Below, in pieces: positions 52,393 to 63,314 of a stretch of DNA of 64,000 nucleotides (position 1 is its first letter; every line of letters begins with the position of its first letter). Under the pieces are notes generated by a model. It was given only the letters and a program-made list of their open reading frames with translations, did no database searches and was not told the origin of the DNA. The stretch comes from an uncultured cyanobacterium. GTDB taxonomy: Bacteria > Cyanobacteriota > Cyanobacteriia > Cyanobacteriales > Nostocaceae. The stretch lies in contig CAVUDP010000002.1 in NCBI GenBank assembly GCA_963740315.1, forward strand, positions 2,848,001 through 2,912,000. Direction: 5' to 3'. The translations under genes and the position numbers were made by a program.

Positions 52393-52659
52393 TATTAACT
52401 CTTCCCTATATCAAAAAGGTACCTGCTTGGGTACTTTGCATTAAAAGTAATTTTTTTAAAATAGATACATAACTAACCTTCTATTTTAGATTTTATATGA
52501 AATTGTGCCTCTTTTGGATTGGAAAAATCTAAAATCCAAACGCATCCGTTGTTAAAATCTAAAATCTAAACTTAATTTGAGCGTAAGCGAATTTTAGGAA
52601 CACTGCTATTAAAAGGCATGATCGCGCAGTTTTTATTTGTTTATAGGAGAAATTTAATC

Positions 52660-53148
52660 ATGGAAAATGGAAATCTTGGCTTTATTTTAAAGATGGCTCA
52701 AACGATAAATCCTCAGATATATCCAGAGCGAGAATTAAATATTAATTTGGAAGAATTACGTCAGCTTCCTGAAGGTACATTAGGCAGAGAAGTAGCCTAT
52801 TTTTTGGATGAAAATGGCTTTGAACCGCTAAACACTGGAGACTGGATACAGCGAACTCATGATGTTTGGCACGTTGTTACCGGACTTTCTCCTTCTAAAA
52901 ACGATGAATTTATATTGCAAGCTTTTACTCGTTCTCAAGTTTTTCGCCCATCTAGCGCCATACTTGTATTAGCTGGTTTACTAATGCACAAATGTAATTT
53001 ACCAGAAATTATTTATGTGATTAAAAATGGCAAAATGGCGAATAAGTTAGTTGATTGGGATATTGAATCCGACTGGGCTACTCCTTTAGATGAAGTCAGA
53101 AAAAAATTAGCTGTTATACCGTTAAAAAGAGTTGGTACTTATGAGTGA
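52660..53148 (+). CDS. Coq4-like protein
   Basis: LRQLPEGTLG, metal-binding HDVWH...E motif and W..PL.EVRKKL ending; AGGAG RBS before the ATG at 52660. Confidence 0.75.
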   Translation: MENGNLGFILKMAQTINPQIYPERELNINLEELRQLPEGTLGREVAYFLDENGFEPLNTGDWIQRTHDVWHVVTGLSPSKNDEFILQAFTRSQVFRPSSAILVLAGLLMHKCNLPEIIYVIKNGKMANKLVDWDIESDWATPLDEVRKKLAVIPLKRVGTYE

Positions 53149-53276
53149 TGAGTTATGAGTTATTATCTGATACATTGCAAGCATTGATTAAAAAACATAT
53201 TTGCAAGTGGACGTATAAGACGAAAATTATTGATATAACTCATAATTCATCATCCCTAATTCTAAGCGATCGCTGT

Positions 53277-53909
53277 TCATTGTTCATTGATAACTACCTC
53301 CTGTTGCTTGGCGTAAATATTCTTTAGATGTTTTTTGACTGTATTGATAGTAATATAAAGTTCCTCTGCAATCTCTTGGTAAGAATAATTAGCTCGACGC
53401 AACAACCAAACTTCGGATTCTCGTTCGGTTAAACCGTATTTTTTAGCTTCTGAAATTGCCATGATTTGATTAGTTTGTTGGCGATCTTCTAAGGTAACTA
53501 ATAAGTAATCATCATTGCTTTCATTTGCCTGCAACCATCTAGCGCGAACCCGTATTGTGACTTTTGTATATGTCTCAATTTCTGACTCAATAGATATGTT
53601 TTGATTGGGGAATAGTTGACGGCTTTCGATTAAAGATTGACAAACGCGCCGAATTTCTTTGGGAACTCTATCTTCATTAATCCCTTCGCTTAATTGTTGA
53701 CAAATATTACGTGCGCGATCGTTAGCATGAACTAATTCTCCTTGTCTCGTCAGGATGAAAATCCCGTCAACAAAGCTTTCAATTACAGCTTGCATCAAAT
53801 AAAGTTTGGATGCAGGCTGTTTTTTTTCAGCTTTTGTTTTTTTGGTGTAAAATATACTTCCTGGGGTAGATGCAATTTTTTGGTACTGCTCTAATAGTGA
53901 AAGACTCAT
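53277..53909 (-). CDS. LuxR-family transcriptional regulator with a PAS-like N-domain
   Basis: LTERESEV...YQEIAEELYITINTVKKHLKNIYAK HTH; DGIFILTRQGELVHAN PAS-like segment. Confidence 0.88.
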   Translation of the reverse strand: MSLSLLEQYQKIASTPGSIFYTKKTKAEKKQPASKLYLMQAVIESFVDGIFILTRQGELVHANDRARNICQQLSEGINEDRVPKEIRRVCQSLIESRQLFPNQNISIESEIETYTKVTIRVRARWLQANESNDDYLLVTLEDRQQTNQIMAISEAKKYGLTERESEVWLLRRANYSYQEIAEELYITINTVKKHLKNIYAKQQEVVINEQ

Positions 53910-54167
53910 AATTTATCTCCTTAAAAATAGTCAAAAATAAACTTCAATCAAGCTAATAGCAGCATTGTTATGGTTGGGGTTCTGCATTGGCAATGATTGA
54001 GCCGCAACCTTAGAAAAAACATTGAACTCAGTGAAGGTACAGTGATATTTGGAGAATTTGCCTGAAGTGGGGTGAAGTTTTTCTTAAGTTAAGTAATACA
54101 GCACCGTCAAGGGATTGATAATGGCTGTATTGCATTAAATGAGAATAATTCACACAGGAGTTCCGCC

Positions 54168-55202
54168 GTGAAGGATTTGGTTTGTATCGATCGATGGTTT
54201 TGTGTCGAACATCAGCGCAGGTATGTTTCTCTTTTGAAAGGAAAAGTAGGTTTGACGCGCCGTCGATCTGAATGTTTTGTGAAGTTATGGGCGTATTTAC
54301 TGTTAAAGCAGCAGCAACAGTTGGGAAATATTCTGAAAGAACCTTTAACGGAACTTGATTTACCTGAAGGTTTTGTTGCTTGTACTCACCGAGAAGCTAA
54401 CGAACTGTTTTACGCCGAAGAAGACAGGGGAAGCGAACGTGCTGCGGGAATGATGATTGATAAGTTAGTGGCTTTGGGACTGATTGAAAAGGAATTCGAT
54501 GGCAACAATATATGTATTCGTATTTGCTCTTCATTGCCAGATATTGATGAATCTAACCAAGTTGTACAACCAGTAGAACTTGTCACCGATAGCTTTAACC
54601 CCCGCACTGACGCTATACCATCTGCGACTTTTTTAGCCCGTAACTACGATTGGATGAATAAAAAAAATACGGCGGCACCTCAGAAAATAGCTAGAAAATT
54701 GCGTACCTGGGCTAAACATTATTCAAAAGGAATGAGGGTTTTGCGTCGCTGCGATACTCAAGATCCTGTTGGTGTTTGCATTCTTTATCCTGTAGCTTCC
54801 GAATCCGAGGAGAATTTTTTTCTACCTCCGAGTAAAAGTCTGCATCTGAGTACTGCCAGCCAAACCGATCCCTTTAATATGCCAAAACCGGGAGATGAGG
54901 ATTGTACTTCTGTTTTTATCCGCAGTTTTCTAATAGATCCAACCTATCAGCAGCACCATACTCTATGTCAATTATTAAAGGATGCCCAACAAACTTTAAT
55001 TAAAATGCAAGCGGATTTTCCCAATCTTTGCGATTTATATAGCTTGACGATCCATCCATATGCTCAAAATCTAGGATTAGCATTGGGTTTTCAGAAAACT
55101 AATCAAGATCCACAAATATCTATTTATTGGATGTACATGGCGTTGGACAACTATCTCGCACTCGATATTGAACAAGCTATATCAAATCTTAAGCTCGATT
55201 AA
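54168..55202 (+). CDS. Hypothetical protein with a wHTH-like N-terminus and a GNAT-like C-terminus
   Basis: SERAAGMMIDKLVALGLIEK resembles a winged helix; VGVCILYP...VFIRSFLIDPTYQ...LGF resembles a GNAT fold. AGGAG RBS before the GTG. Confidence 0.6.
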   Translation: MKDLVCIDRWFCVEHQRRYVSLLKGKVGLTRRRSECFVKLWAYLLLKQQQQLGNILKEPLTELDLPEGFVACTHREANELFYAEEDRGSERAAGMMIDKLVALGLIEKEFDGNNICIRICSSLPDIDESNQVVQPVELVTDSFNPRTDAIPSATFLARNYDWMNKKNTAAPQKIARKLRTWAKHYSKGMRVLRRCDTQDPVGVCILYPVASESEENFFLPPSKSLHLSTASQTDPFNMPKPGDEDCTSVFIRSFLIDPTYQQHHTLCQLLKDAQQTLIKMQADFPNLCDLYSLTIHPYAQNLGLALGFQKTNQDPQISIYWMYMALDNYLALDIEQAISNLKLD

Positions 55203-55345
55203 TGCAGCTACTCTCTAATATATGAATTTAATTTATGAAAATTTCTTTTTTTTGCGGATTAGCTGTATTTATTGTCGCGCAGGCTTTTCAGGCAATGCTT
55301 TTACCGATTTTTGCAGCATTCAATACACTTTTTTTCTGAAAAGGC

Positions 55346-55374
55346 TTTACAAACCGAAATATTTAGTTTAGTAT
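55346..55374 (+). promoter_or_regulatory. psbA promoter
   Basis: TTTACA-17 bp-TAGTAT, matching the pattern of cyanobacterial psbA promoters. Confidence 0.65.
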
Positions 55375-55435
55375 AAGTACATAGGTTGAAAAGCCTACTT
55401 AATAAATCATTCATTTGATAGCAATTATCTGAACC

Positions 55436-56518
55436 ATGACAACCACATTACAAAGACGCGAGAGCGCATCTGCTTGGGAGCAGTTTTGTGGGTGGATCAC
55501 CAGCACAAACAATCGTTTATACATCGGTTGGTTTGGAATGTTGATGATTCCTACCCTTCTAGCTGCTACCACCTGTTTCATCATCGCTTTTGTTGCAGCT
55601 CCGCCTGTTGACATCGATGGTATCCGCGAGCCTGTTGCAGGTTCGTTGATCTACGGAAACAACATCATTTCCGGTGCTGTTGTACCTTCTTCTAACGCTA
55701 TTGGTTTGCACTTCTACCCAATCTGGGAAGCTGCTTCCTTAGATGAGTGGTTGTACAACGGTGGTCCTTACCAGTTGGTAGTATTCCACTTCTTAATTGG
55801 AGTATTTTGTTACTTAGGTCGCGAGTGGGAACTTTCCTACCGCTTGGGTATGCGTCCTTGGATCTGTGTTGCATTTTCTGCTCCAGTAGCAGCAGCAACC
55901 GCAGTATTCTTGATCTACCCCATTGGACAAGGTTCTTTCTCTGACGGTATGCCTTTGGGTATCTCCGGTACCTTCAACTTCATGTTCGTGTTCCAAGCTG
56001 AACACAACATCTTGATGCACCCCTTCCACCAGTTAGGTGTTGCAGCAGTATTTGGCGGTTCCTTGTTCAGTGCAATGCACGGTTCTTTGGTAACAAGTAG
56101 CTTAGTACGTGAAACAACCGAAACCGAATCACAGAACTACGGTTACAAGTTCGGTCAAGAAGAAGAAACTTACAACATCGTAGCTGCACACGGTTACTTT
56201 GGTCGTTTGATTTTCCAATATGCGAGCTTCAACAACAGCCGTAGCTTGCACTTCTTCTTAGCAGCATGGCCCGTTGTAGGAATCTGGTTTACCGCTTTGG
56301 GAATCAGCACAATGGCATTCAACTTGAACGGTTTCAACTTCAACCAGTCTGTAATCGACTCCAGTGGTCGTGTAATTAACACCTGGGCTGATGTATTGAA
56401 CCGCGCTAACTTGGGTATGGAAGTAATGCACGAGCGCAACGCTCACAACTTCCCACTTGATTTAGCTGCACTTGAATCTGCACCTGTTGCAGTCAGCGCT
56501 CCCGCAATCAACGGTTAA
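55436..56518 (+). CDS. psbA: Photosystem II D1 protein (standard form, Glu130)
   Basis: 360 aa. Mn-cluster ligands are present ([25 protein letters not shown]), and GREWE gives E130. Confidence 0.99.
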   Translation: MTTTLQRRESASAWEQFCGWITSTNNRLYIGWFGMLMIPTLLAATTCFIIAFVAAPPVDIDGIREPVAGSLIYGNNIISGAVVPSSNAIGLHFYPIWEAASLDEWLYNGGPYQLVVFHFLIGVFCYLGREWELSYRLGMRPWICVAFSAPVAAATAVFLIYPIGQGSFSDGMPLGISGTFNFMFVFQAEHNILMHPFHQLGVAAVFGGSLFSAMHGSLVTSSLVRETTETESQNYGYKFGQEEETYNIVAAHGYFGRLIFQYASFNNSRSLHFFLAAWPVVGIWFTALGISTMAFNLNGFNFNQSVIDSSGRVINTWADVLNRANLGMEVMHERNAHNFPLDLAALESAPVAVSAPAING

Positions 56519-56564
56519 AAATTAAATAATTGGAGACGTAATGTATTACGTCTCTACAATAAAT

Positions 56565-56600
56565 AAAAAGCGCCTTCCTATTATGGGAGGGCGCTTTTTT
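56565..56600 (+). terminator. Intrinsic terminator of psbA
   Basis: AAAAAGCGCCTTCCT-ATTAT-GGGAGGGCGCTTTTTT. Confidence 0.85.
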
Positions 56601-56766
56601 GCTGTGGGGATATGATTGGACGGGCTTCCAGCCCATCCCACAAGAGTTTTGAAGGTTTTAGCGATTAAAGTGAGAATCAAAAAAATTCTGATAGTGCAGT
56701 TACAACATAAAATTTACAACAGAAAACGAACCATTATCGATTATTTGTATTTTAAGGATATTACTT

Positions 56767-57006
56767 ATGAGTGAATTAGCGACTCAAATACCTACAAGCA
56801 CCGTGATATCAATGTTAAATGCAATCAACGATGAAAAATACCCTGAGTTTAAGAAGCTAGAGTTAGAATTGGTAGAAAATTACGGTGTTGAAACGTGGGA
56901 AGATGTTTTCAACTTTCGGGTAATGCCAGCGTTGAGTAAAATTTCTAAACAATGGCTGTTAATTCAAAAGTGCAGTAAAGGTTATACAGTTAGGGAAGTG
57001 GTATGA
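56767..57006 (+). CDS. Small hypothetical protein (79 aa)
   Basis: AAGGA RBS and an ordinary, protein-like composition. Confidence 0.6.
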   Translation: MSELATQIPTSTVISMLNAINDEKYPEFKKLELELVENYGVETWEDVFNFRVMPALSKISKQWLLIQKCSKGYTVREVV

Positions 57007-57060
57007 GGTAGTTATTTAAAGCAAAATCTTTTAAGCTAGTGTTAAAAGAAAGAATAAAAC

Positions 57061-57420
57061 TTATTCCTCATATTCCTGAAACTTTTCAATAACCAACTGA
57101 ATTTCCTCTGCTGCGACATCAGTTTGGTCAAGCTTGGAATAAATTAATAATAAAATGACACTTGTTGGTGATTCTAATTGGTAGATGAGACGATAACCAC
57201 CGCTTTTACCTTTTTGTATATCACTATTGCGGACTCGTACTTTAAAAACAGTATAACCAGTTCCAGGTATTTGGTTGCCTAAACAATCTCCAGTTTGTAA
57301 TTGTTCAATAATTGGTTGAATATCAGACTAAATATGACGACATTTTTTGGATAAAGTACGTAGCCGCTGCTTAAATTCATCTGTAAAATTAACTTCAACT
57401 GAAGGTGGTTCACTCTGCAT
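57061..57420 (-). pseudogene. RelE/HigB-2-like type II toxin with a premature TAG at codon 31
   Basis: Manual translation: MQSEPPSVEVNFTDEFKQRLRTLSKKCRHI*SDIQPIIEQLQTG...FKVRVRNSDIQKGKSGGYRLIY...LLLIYSK...EE. The TAG is at 57328-57330, and the start overlaps the 3' end of the antitoxin gene. Confidence 0.85.
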
Positions 57421-57652
57421 CAATGTCATCCCACAGTTCTGAAACAGGTTTAGTTTTTCCTTCAGAAGCTTGTTGCAGCGAGATTTGAAGTCTTTCTAAA
57501 ACTAATTCTTTTGGTTCATCATCTTCATCTATATCTGCTTCTGGAAATAAAACAATTACTTTGACACGGCTTGATGTATTAACCGTAAGTGGTTCGTCTA
57601 AAAACAATTGACCGTTTCGATCGACAGTTCCCATTATTTCTTGTGCTTTCAT
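57410..57652 (-). CDS. Putative type II antitoxin
   Basis: 80 aa, acidic, ends GKTKPVSELWDDIDAE, and overlaps the start of the RelE-like toxin. Confidence 0.75.
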   Translation of the reverse strand: MKAQEIMGTVDRNGQLFLDEPLTVNTSSRVKVIVLFPEADIDEDDEPKELVLERLQISLQQASEGKTKPVSELWDDIDAE

Positions 57653-57697
57653 AATTTATTATTGTAATACCTATGTTTCTTGATTCTAATTCTAAAA

Positions 57698-57746
57698 CTG
57701 GCGGTTGAAACCGCGTCTACACAAGCAAAGTCCGCCTGCGCGGACT
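57698..57746. repeat. REP-like double-hairpin dispersed repeat
   Basis: CTGGCGGTTGAAACCGCGTCTAC...AGTCCGCCTGCGCGGACT; closely matches the reverse complement of about 48936-48986. Confidence 0.7.
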
Positions 57747-57904
57747 AAATATACAGCATCGATCATCTAAAAAATCTGCATAAATATCAAAGTCATATCC
57801 CTAGTAATAGTCAAAGTAAAAATATATTCTTGTTATATGTGTCTTTGAAAACATAACAAGACATTACCTAAAGTACATAGTCTGGAAATCTCTGCAACAT
57901 CATC

Positions 57905-58993
57905 ATGGGTAACACTTTCGGTCATTTATTTCGCGTTACTACTTTCGGCGAATCCCACGGTGGTGGTGTGGGAGTCATAATTGATGGTTGTCCGCCACAA
58001 CTGGAAATTTCCGCTGAAGAAATTCAAGTAGAATTAGATAGACGGCGACCTGGACAAAGTAAAATTACTACACCTCGTAAAGAAGCCGATCGCTGTGAAA
58101 TTCTTTCGGGGGTGTTTCAGGGACAAACTTTGGGTACGCCAATTTCAATTTTGGTCAAAAATAAAGATACTCGTCCCCAAGATTACAGCGAGATGGTGCA
58201 AATGTACCGCCCTTCCCACGCTGACGCTACTTATGATGCAAAATACGGCATTCGTAACTATCAAGGTGGTGGTAGATCCTCGGCACGAGAGACAATTGGT
58301 AGAGTTGCAGCAGGTGCGATCGCCAAAAAAATTCTTCACAAAGTCGCTGGTGTGGAAATCATCGGTTACGTCAAGCGCATCAAGGATTTGGAAGGCGAAG
58401 TTGATGCAGAAAAAGTTACTTTAGAACAAGTTGAAAGCAATATCGTCCGCTGCCCCGATGCTGAATGTGCGGAACGGATGATTGAATTAATTGAGCAAGT
58501 TGGTAGAGATGGTAATTCTATCGGTGGGGTAGTGGAATGCGTAGCGCGGAAAGTTCCCAAAGGATTGGGTGAGCCGGTTTTTGATAAATTGGAAGCCGAT
58601 ATTGCTAAAGGTGTAATGTCTCTTCCTGCAAGTAAAGGCTTTGAAATTGGTTCTGGTTTCGCAGGTACTTTGCTTACCGGAATCGAGCATAACGATGAAT
58701 TTTATACCGATGATGAAGGTAATATTCGCACCGTCACAAATCGTTCCGGCGGTATTCAAGGTGGAATATCTAATGGTGAAAATATTATAATTCGCGTAGC
58801 ATTCAAGCCCACGGCAACTATTAGGAAAGAACAGAATACAGTTACTAAAACGGGTGATGCTGGAGTTTTAGCGGCAAAAGGGAGACACGATCCTTGCGTA
58901 TTACCACGGGCAGTTCCGATGGTAGAAGCGATGGTTGCTTTAGTGTTGTGCGACCATTTATTGAGATTTCAGGGGCAGTGTAAAGTTTTATAA
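57905..58993 (+). CDS. aroC: Chorismate synthase
   Basis: [27 protein letters not shown] and GRHDPCV motifs. Confidence 0.98.
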   Translation: MGNTFGHLFRVTTFGESHGGGVGVIIDGCPPQLEISAEEIQVELDRRRPGQSKITTPRKEADRCEILSGVFQGQTLGTPISILVKNKDTRPQDYSEMVQMYRPSHADATYDAKYGIRNYQGGGRSSARETIGRVAAGAIAKKILHKVAGVEIIGYVKRIKDLEGEVDAEKVTLEQVESNIVRCPDAECAERMIELIEQVGRDGNSIGGVVECVARKVPKGLGEPVFDKLEADIAKGVMSLPASKGFEIGSGFAGTLLTGIEHNDEFYTDDEGNIRTVTNRSGGIQGGISNGENIIIRVAFKPTATIRKEQNTVTKTGDAGVLAAKGRHDPCVLPRAVPMVEAMVALVLCDHLLRFQGQCKVL

Positions 58994-59070
58994 ATAATAC
59001 TGGTTCGTAGTAAGGACTTTAGTCCTCTTCTTAAACGAAGATATTACTTAAGAGAGCGATAAATCGCTTA

Positions 59071-60150
59071 CTACGAACAAAGAATTTCTTCCTTAATTTC
59101 TTCAGGTGTTTTTCCTTTAGTATAAATTACCTGTTTCGCTAACTTTTGATTTGAAGGATGAGTCATGACAAAACGGTTTATTTCTACACCATTAATTGTA
59201 AGCTGACTTCGCTTTTTCAAAATCTCAACGGACTCATCCAAATCTGACGAAGGTAACAGTAACACTACATTTTCATAAGGAGAAAGTAATTCACGAGCGC
59301 GAGCAAAATCGGCATCATCTTCATATACAGAATGTCCCGCTCCAAAATCAATTATGCAATTATTGTATTCTGACAAAAGACGTTCAATTCCATAAAGTTC
59401 AAATCGCTTCCAATAGCGGTATCCTGCAAACCGTTCTTGCTCGCGTATTTTTCTTTGTGTATCGGCTTCCCAGCCAATTTCTTTGTAATATTTCCACTTA
59501 ATTTCATCCATAGAAGCTTGGGGAAGATTTAGCTTTTGCGATAAGAGTTTGCCAATTGTGCTTTTACCCGTACCCATCGGACCAATTAAAATAATATCAG
59601 AATCCCTGGGATTAATTTTGTTGAGAACATCATCGCAAATTTGCTCTGGTGTTTTATCTTTTGTGTAAACAACATACTTTGCTAAATCGTGATTGCAATG
59701 ATGTTTAACAAAATGTTCGTTTATTTCCATTCCGTTAACAATTGCGCGATTACTTTCTTCAAATACTCTTAATGATTCTTCTGTATCGGGAGAATACAAA
59801 AGCAAAATAACATGAGTTAATGGTTGTAGAATTTTCTTAATCTTTTCTAATTGAGAATCATCATATACAGATTGTTCGGCAGTAAATTCGATTACAGATT
59901 CTCGATATTCGGACAAAGCTCGCTCAATCGCATAAGCATTAAAGGGCATCATGTAGCGATAAAAACCATCAGCACCGTTTTCTTCCCAAGCTTGTTCTTG
60001 CTGTGTTCGATTAAAACCTATTTCCAGATAATATTTCTCGCTAATATCTTCTAAGAAAACAAAAGGTAAATTTAGTTGCTCTGCTAATAACTTTCCTACA
60101 GAGATTTTATATGTATTTGATGAACCTATAAGTACAATTGGTAAATTCAT
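59071..60150 (-). CDS. Protein with two tandem shikimate-kinase-like domains
   Basis: Two homologous halves. The second has the P-loop GPMGTGKST; the first has the degenerate GSSNTYKIS. Confidence 0.8.
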   Translation of the reverse strand: MNLPIVLIGSSNTYKISVGKLLAEQLNLPFVFLEDISEKYYLEIGFNRTQQEQAWEENGADGFYRYMMPFNAYAIERALSEYRESVIEFTAEQSVYDDSQLEKIKKILQPLTHVILLLYSPDTEESLRVFEESNRAIVNGMEINEHFVKHHCNHDLAKYVVYTKDKTPEQICDDVLNKINPRDSDIILIGPMGTGKSTIGKLLSQKLNLPQASMDEIKWKYYKEIGWEADTQRKIREQERFAGYRYWKRFELYGIERLLSEYNNCIIDFGAGHSVYEDDADFARARELLSPYENVVLLLPSSDLDESVEILKKRSQLTINGVEINRFVMTHPSNQKLAKQVIYTKGKTPEEIKEEILCS

Positions 60151-60220
60151 TACTTAAATACCTTTTAATCGGACACAAAAATTTTTGATAATAAATTGAA
60201 TATTGTACCAAAGTAGCATT

Positions 60221-60601
60221 ATGGATAATAACTCACCCAAACTCAAAAATCTCAGCCCCTTAATTCCTGCTGGTAAAGATGTCGAAAAATCCATCGAATT
60301 CTACGAAAAGTTGGATTTTACAACAACTCATACAGAAGGTAAACCCCTAAAAATGGCGATTGTTGAACGGGATGAAATACAAATTTTTCTAGTTCAAAAT
60401 GAAGACAAACATCTTGCTAAGGGGACATCTCTTCGGATTCGGGTTGAGGGGTTAGAACAGCTTTATGAAGAATTTTTAGCCAAGGGGGAAGATATAATTC
60501 ATCCGAATGGGGAATTAGAAACCAAACCTTGGGGTTGCAAAGAGTTTGTAATTTTGGATAAAGCAGGTGTTTGTATTACTTTCTATGACTTTGTGGGGTA
60601 A
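60221..60601 (+). CDS. VOC family (glyoxalase/bleomycin-resistance-like) protein
   Basis: DVEKSIEFYEKLDF...KPWGCKEFVILDKAG motifs. Confidence 0.85.
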   Translation: MDNNSPKLKNLSPLIPAGKDVEKSIEFYEKLDFTTTHTEGKPLKMAIVERDEIQIFLVQNEDKHLAKGTSLRIRVEGLEQLYEEFLAKGEDIIHPNGELETKPWGCKEFVILDKAGVCITFYDFVG

Positions 60602-60623
60602 AACTCAGCACAATATTATTTAA

Positions 60624-62021
60624 TTACTCTGCTTCCCCAATCAGCGTAAAAGCCGCCCAATCCTTTGGTGCGGGATGCTGCTTCATGGTAGTCAACATCG
60701 CTTGACGTAATGCAGTAGCTTTATCGGGATTATTGCTGAGATTTTGGTAAAACTCAGTCATTAATGATGCAGTTGGCGCATCCGGAACCGACCACAGAGA
60801 CACCAATACACTCGGAACACCCGCACTGATAAAAGAACGGGATAAACCAACCACACCATCACCTGTAATCTTTCCCCTGCCTGTATCGCAGGCACTTAAT
60901 ACCACCAAATCCGCATTTAATTTTAAATCAAAAATTTCCCCAGCAGTGAGTAAACCATCATCTTGACCAGATGGAGTTAAAGCGATACCGCTATTTAAAC
61001 CTTGAATATCATCAAATATCCCGTGAGTAGCTAGATGAATAATTCGCGCTTGCGGTAATCGTTTTACCACTGCGCTTTCCGTAGCTTGACTACCGATGAG
61101 GGGTTTGGTTTTGAGCAAAGAAGCAATAGCTTTTGCTTCGGTTTCCGCACCGGGTAAAGGTGGTAATTGCTGCGGTGGTTCGCCAATTTTGGGGGGTACT
61201 TTCGGCATTTGAGGATTACCGACAATTAAATTTTCTGTCCCTGTATTGTTGCGCTGTTGTCGGGTTAAATTCAACACCTGAATCGACGGGGAAGTGAGAA
61301 TCGTATGCTTTTCAATCAGGTATTTACCGTTTTCATCTCGTAAAGCTGGGAAGGGAACAAGCAATAAAGAACTTTGCGGAATAAAAATAACCCTAGCGCT
61401 AGAGTTTTTCGGTAAAACATCAGCAATGGGTTTAATTAATAGTTGGTGTAACCGCTTTAAATTATTTTGTGCTTTACCTGCATCGGGATTGTAAGATACA
61501 TCAATACCGCGCCCTCTAGCACCAATTGATTCGCGACTGGTAATTACAAGTTCGGCTAAATTAGTATTTTCTTTTTGCCACAGGGGTTTTAAGTCGGCTT
61601 TGCGAAACGTGACTTCACCCGTGGGTTTAACTACCCAAATATATAGTTCTGATTCTTTAGCTTGTTGTTTACCTGCGATTTTGAAATCATCGTAAATTAT
61701 TGAATATTGGACTAAAGTTGCATTTTGAGCATTAGCAATTTGCTTAATCTTTTCAACTGTTGGCGCTTGTGGCTTTTCTTGGAGATTTAAACGAGATGCA
61801 AGTAATTCAACAAACGCTCTAGCCCTTCCTCTTTCGGCAATTTCTAAAGCAGTATCGGTTTTGTTTTGGGCAATGAGGGCTTTTTGTAAAGTACGGTAAG
61901 TAGTTAATTGTGTATCAAAGAATGTTACTTTGTTAGCATCATTTAATCCACCCCGTAGAGATTCTAAAACTTGAATCCCTTCAAACAGCGTTGATTCTGC
62001 TGCGGATAATTTACCGGATTT
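60624..62021 (-). pseudogene. 3' part of an interrupted TPR-CHAT protease gene
   Basis: The frame is open from 62021 (KSGKLSAAESTLFEG...AERGRARAFVELL...) to the stop at 60624. The CHAT dyad motifs IHLATHG and LSACDTG are intact. Confidence 0.9.
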
Positions 62022-63314
62022 TTGACATACTCCTCAACCTGAAGGTACGAGGATTCTGGAATCAATCAGCAATCTTCTTAGTCGAAACCTTGACTGACAT
62101 CACCTAGCCCAAGAGAAGATGTCCCTTCTCTTAAAATATTTACCGCTGCTCCAATATCTCTATGTTGTTCCTGATGACATTGAGAACATCGCCACCATCT
62201 ATCTTCTATTTTTAAATCTTTGTGGATGTAACCACAATAATTACAAGTTTTAGAACTAGGATACCATCTGCTTACAAAGCCTACAAACTTTCCTTTTTTA
62301 GAAGCTACACAATTTAGTATTTCTAAAAATGTTTTCATAGCTAAATCTGAAACTTTATGACCCCAAAGGCGTTTCATTCCTTCTAAATTTAAATCTTCAA
62401 AGAATAAATGGTCATATGTATTGCATAGCTGATGGGCTAGTTTCCAAAATAAATCATGCCGTTTATTAACTATTCTTTGGTGTAGTTTAGCTAAACTAAA
62501 CAAGGCTTTCTTCCAATTATTAGAACCATTCTTTTTAAAAGATAACTTCTTGCTTAATTTTTGTATTAGCTTAGAAGCTTTACGCATTAATAGCGGTGCA
62601 TGATATTCTTTCCCCATTGAATCAGTTAAAAAAGTTTTTAAACCAAAATCGAAACCCGCGCTTTTACCCGTCGCAATCAAGACTGTTTCTGGTTTAAAAT
62701 CAGTTACTACATAAATGTACATATCTCCTGTTGGAGAACGCTTAACTGTAAGGGTTTTAATCTTCCCTTCAATGTCTCTTGATTTGTGAAACTTATATTT
62801 GTACTTACCTATTTTAATTTGATTAGAGTCTAATATTTTGTAGCCAGCTTGCTTAAGAGTGAAAGACTTATACTTTTTAGATTTACAGAATGAAGGAGGA
62901 CGTACACCACGTTTATGATATTTAAAAAATAGTTGATAAGCTTTATCTACTCTGTCACAAATATCTTGTACTGCTTGACTACCTACTAATTGCCAATATT
63001 CAATCCTATTTCTAAGTTTTGCTATATGCTTCATCAATCTAAACTTATTCAAATGTTTCTTAAACATCGAATAATATCTTTTATGAATTGCAATGAGCGT
63101 GATTATAGATAGAAGCTGAAGCATTAATACTTCGTTTTAGATATCTATTCCTTCTATTCTGATATAACTTAAATTTGTATGTTTTCACAACTTCGACCCA
63201 GTTGACTAATTCCTCTAATATACAATTTATGCTTTTGTAGAAATATAAAGTTTTTCTGTATATTTAATAATATTGTCGTCCTAAAAGGACGGGGCTTTAA
63301 ACCCACTATTTTCG
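62022..63314 (-). mobile_element. Non-autonomous IS200/IS605-family element (tnpB only, 1293 bp)
   Basis: Inserted 3' of TTAC (minus strand, 63315-63318). It has a left-end hairpin (GTCCTTTTAGGAC) and a right-end hairpin finishing ATGTCAA, no target duplication, and its removal restores the host reading frame. Confidence 0.92.
62078..63188 (-). pseudogene. tnpB: RNA-guided endonuclease TnpB with an apparent +1 frameshift near the N-terminus
   Basis: GTG at 63188 gives MKTYKFKLYQ...IYNHA, and the homology continues in another frame (IAIHKRYY) after one extra base near 63095. RuvC motifs GFDFG, FFEDL and RDIGAA and the CNYC/CSQC zinc finger are intact. Confidence 0.85.

Noticed and set aside
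55411..56446. Overlapping and antisense ORFs within psbA, and similar ones in ftsZ, aroC, ycf48, hflX, rnr and the WD40 gene
   Set aside because: They are shadow frames of well-supported genes.
62078..63124. TnpB as a Cas12f/type V CRISPR effector
   Set aside because: It is bounded by IS200/IS605 ends and has no array or cas1/cas2.
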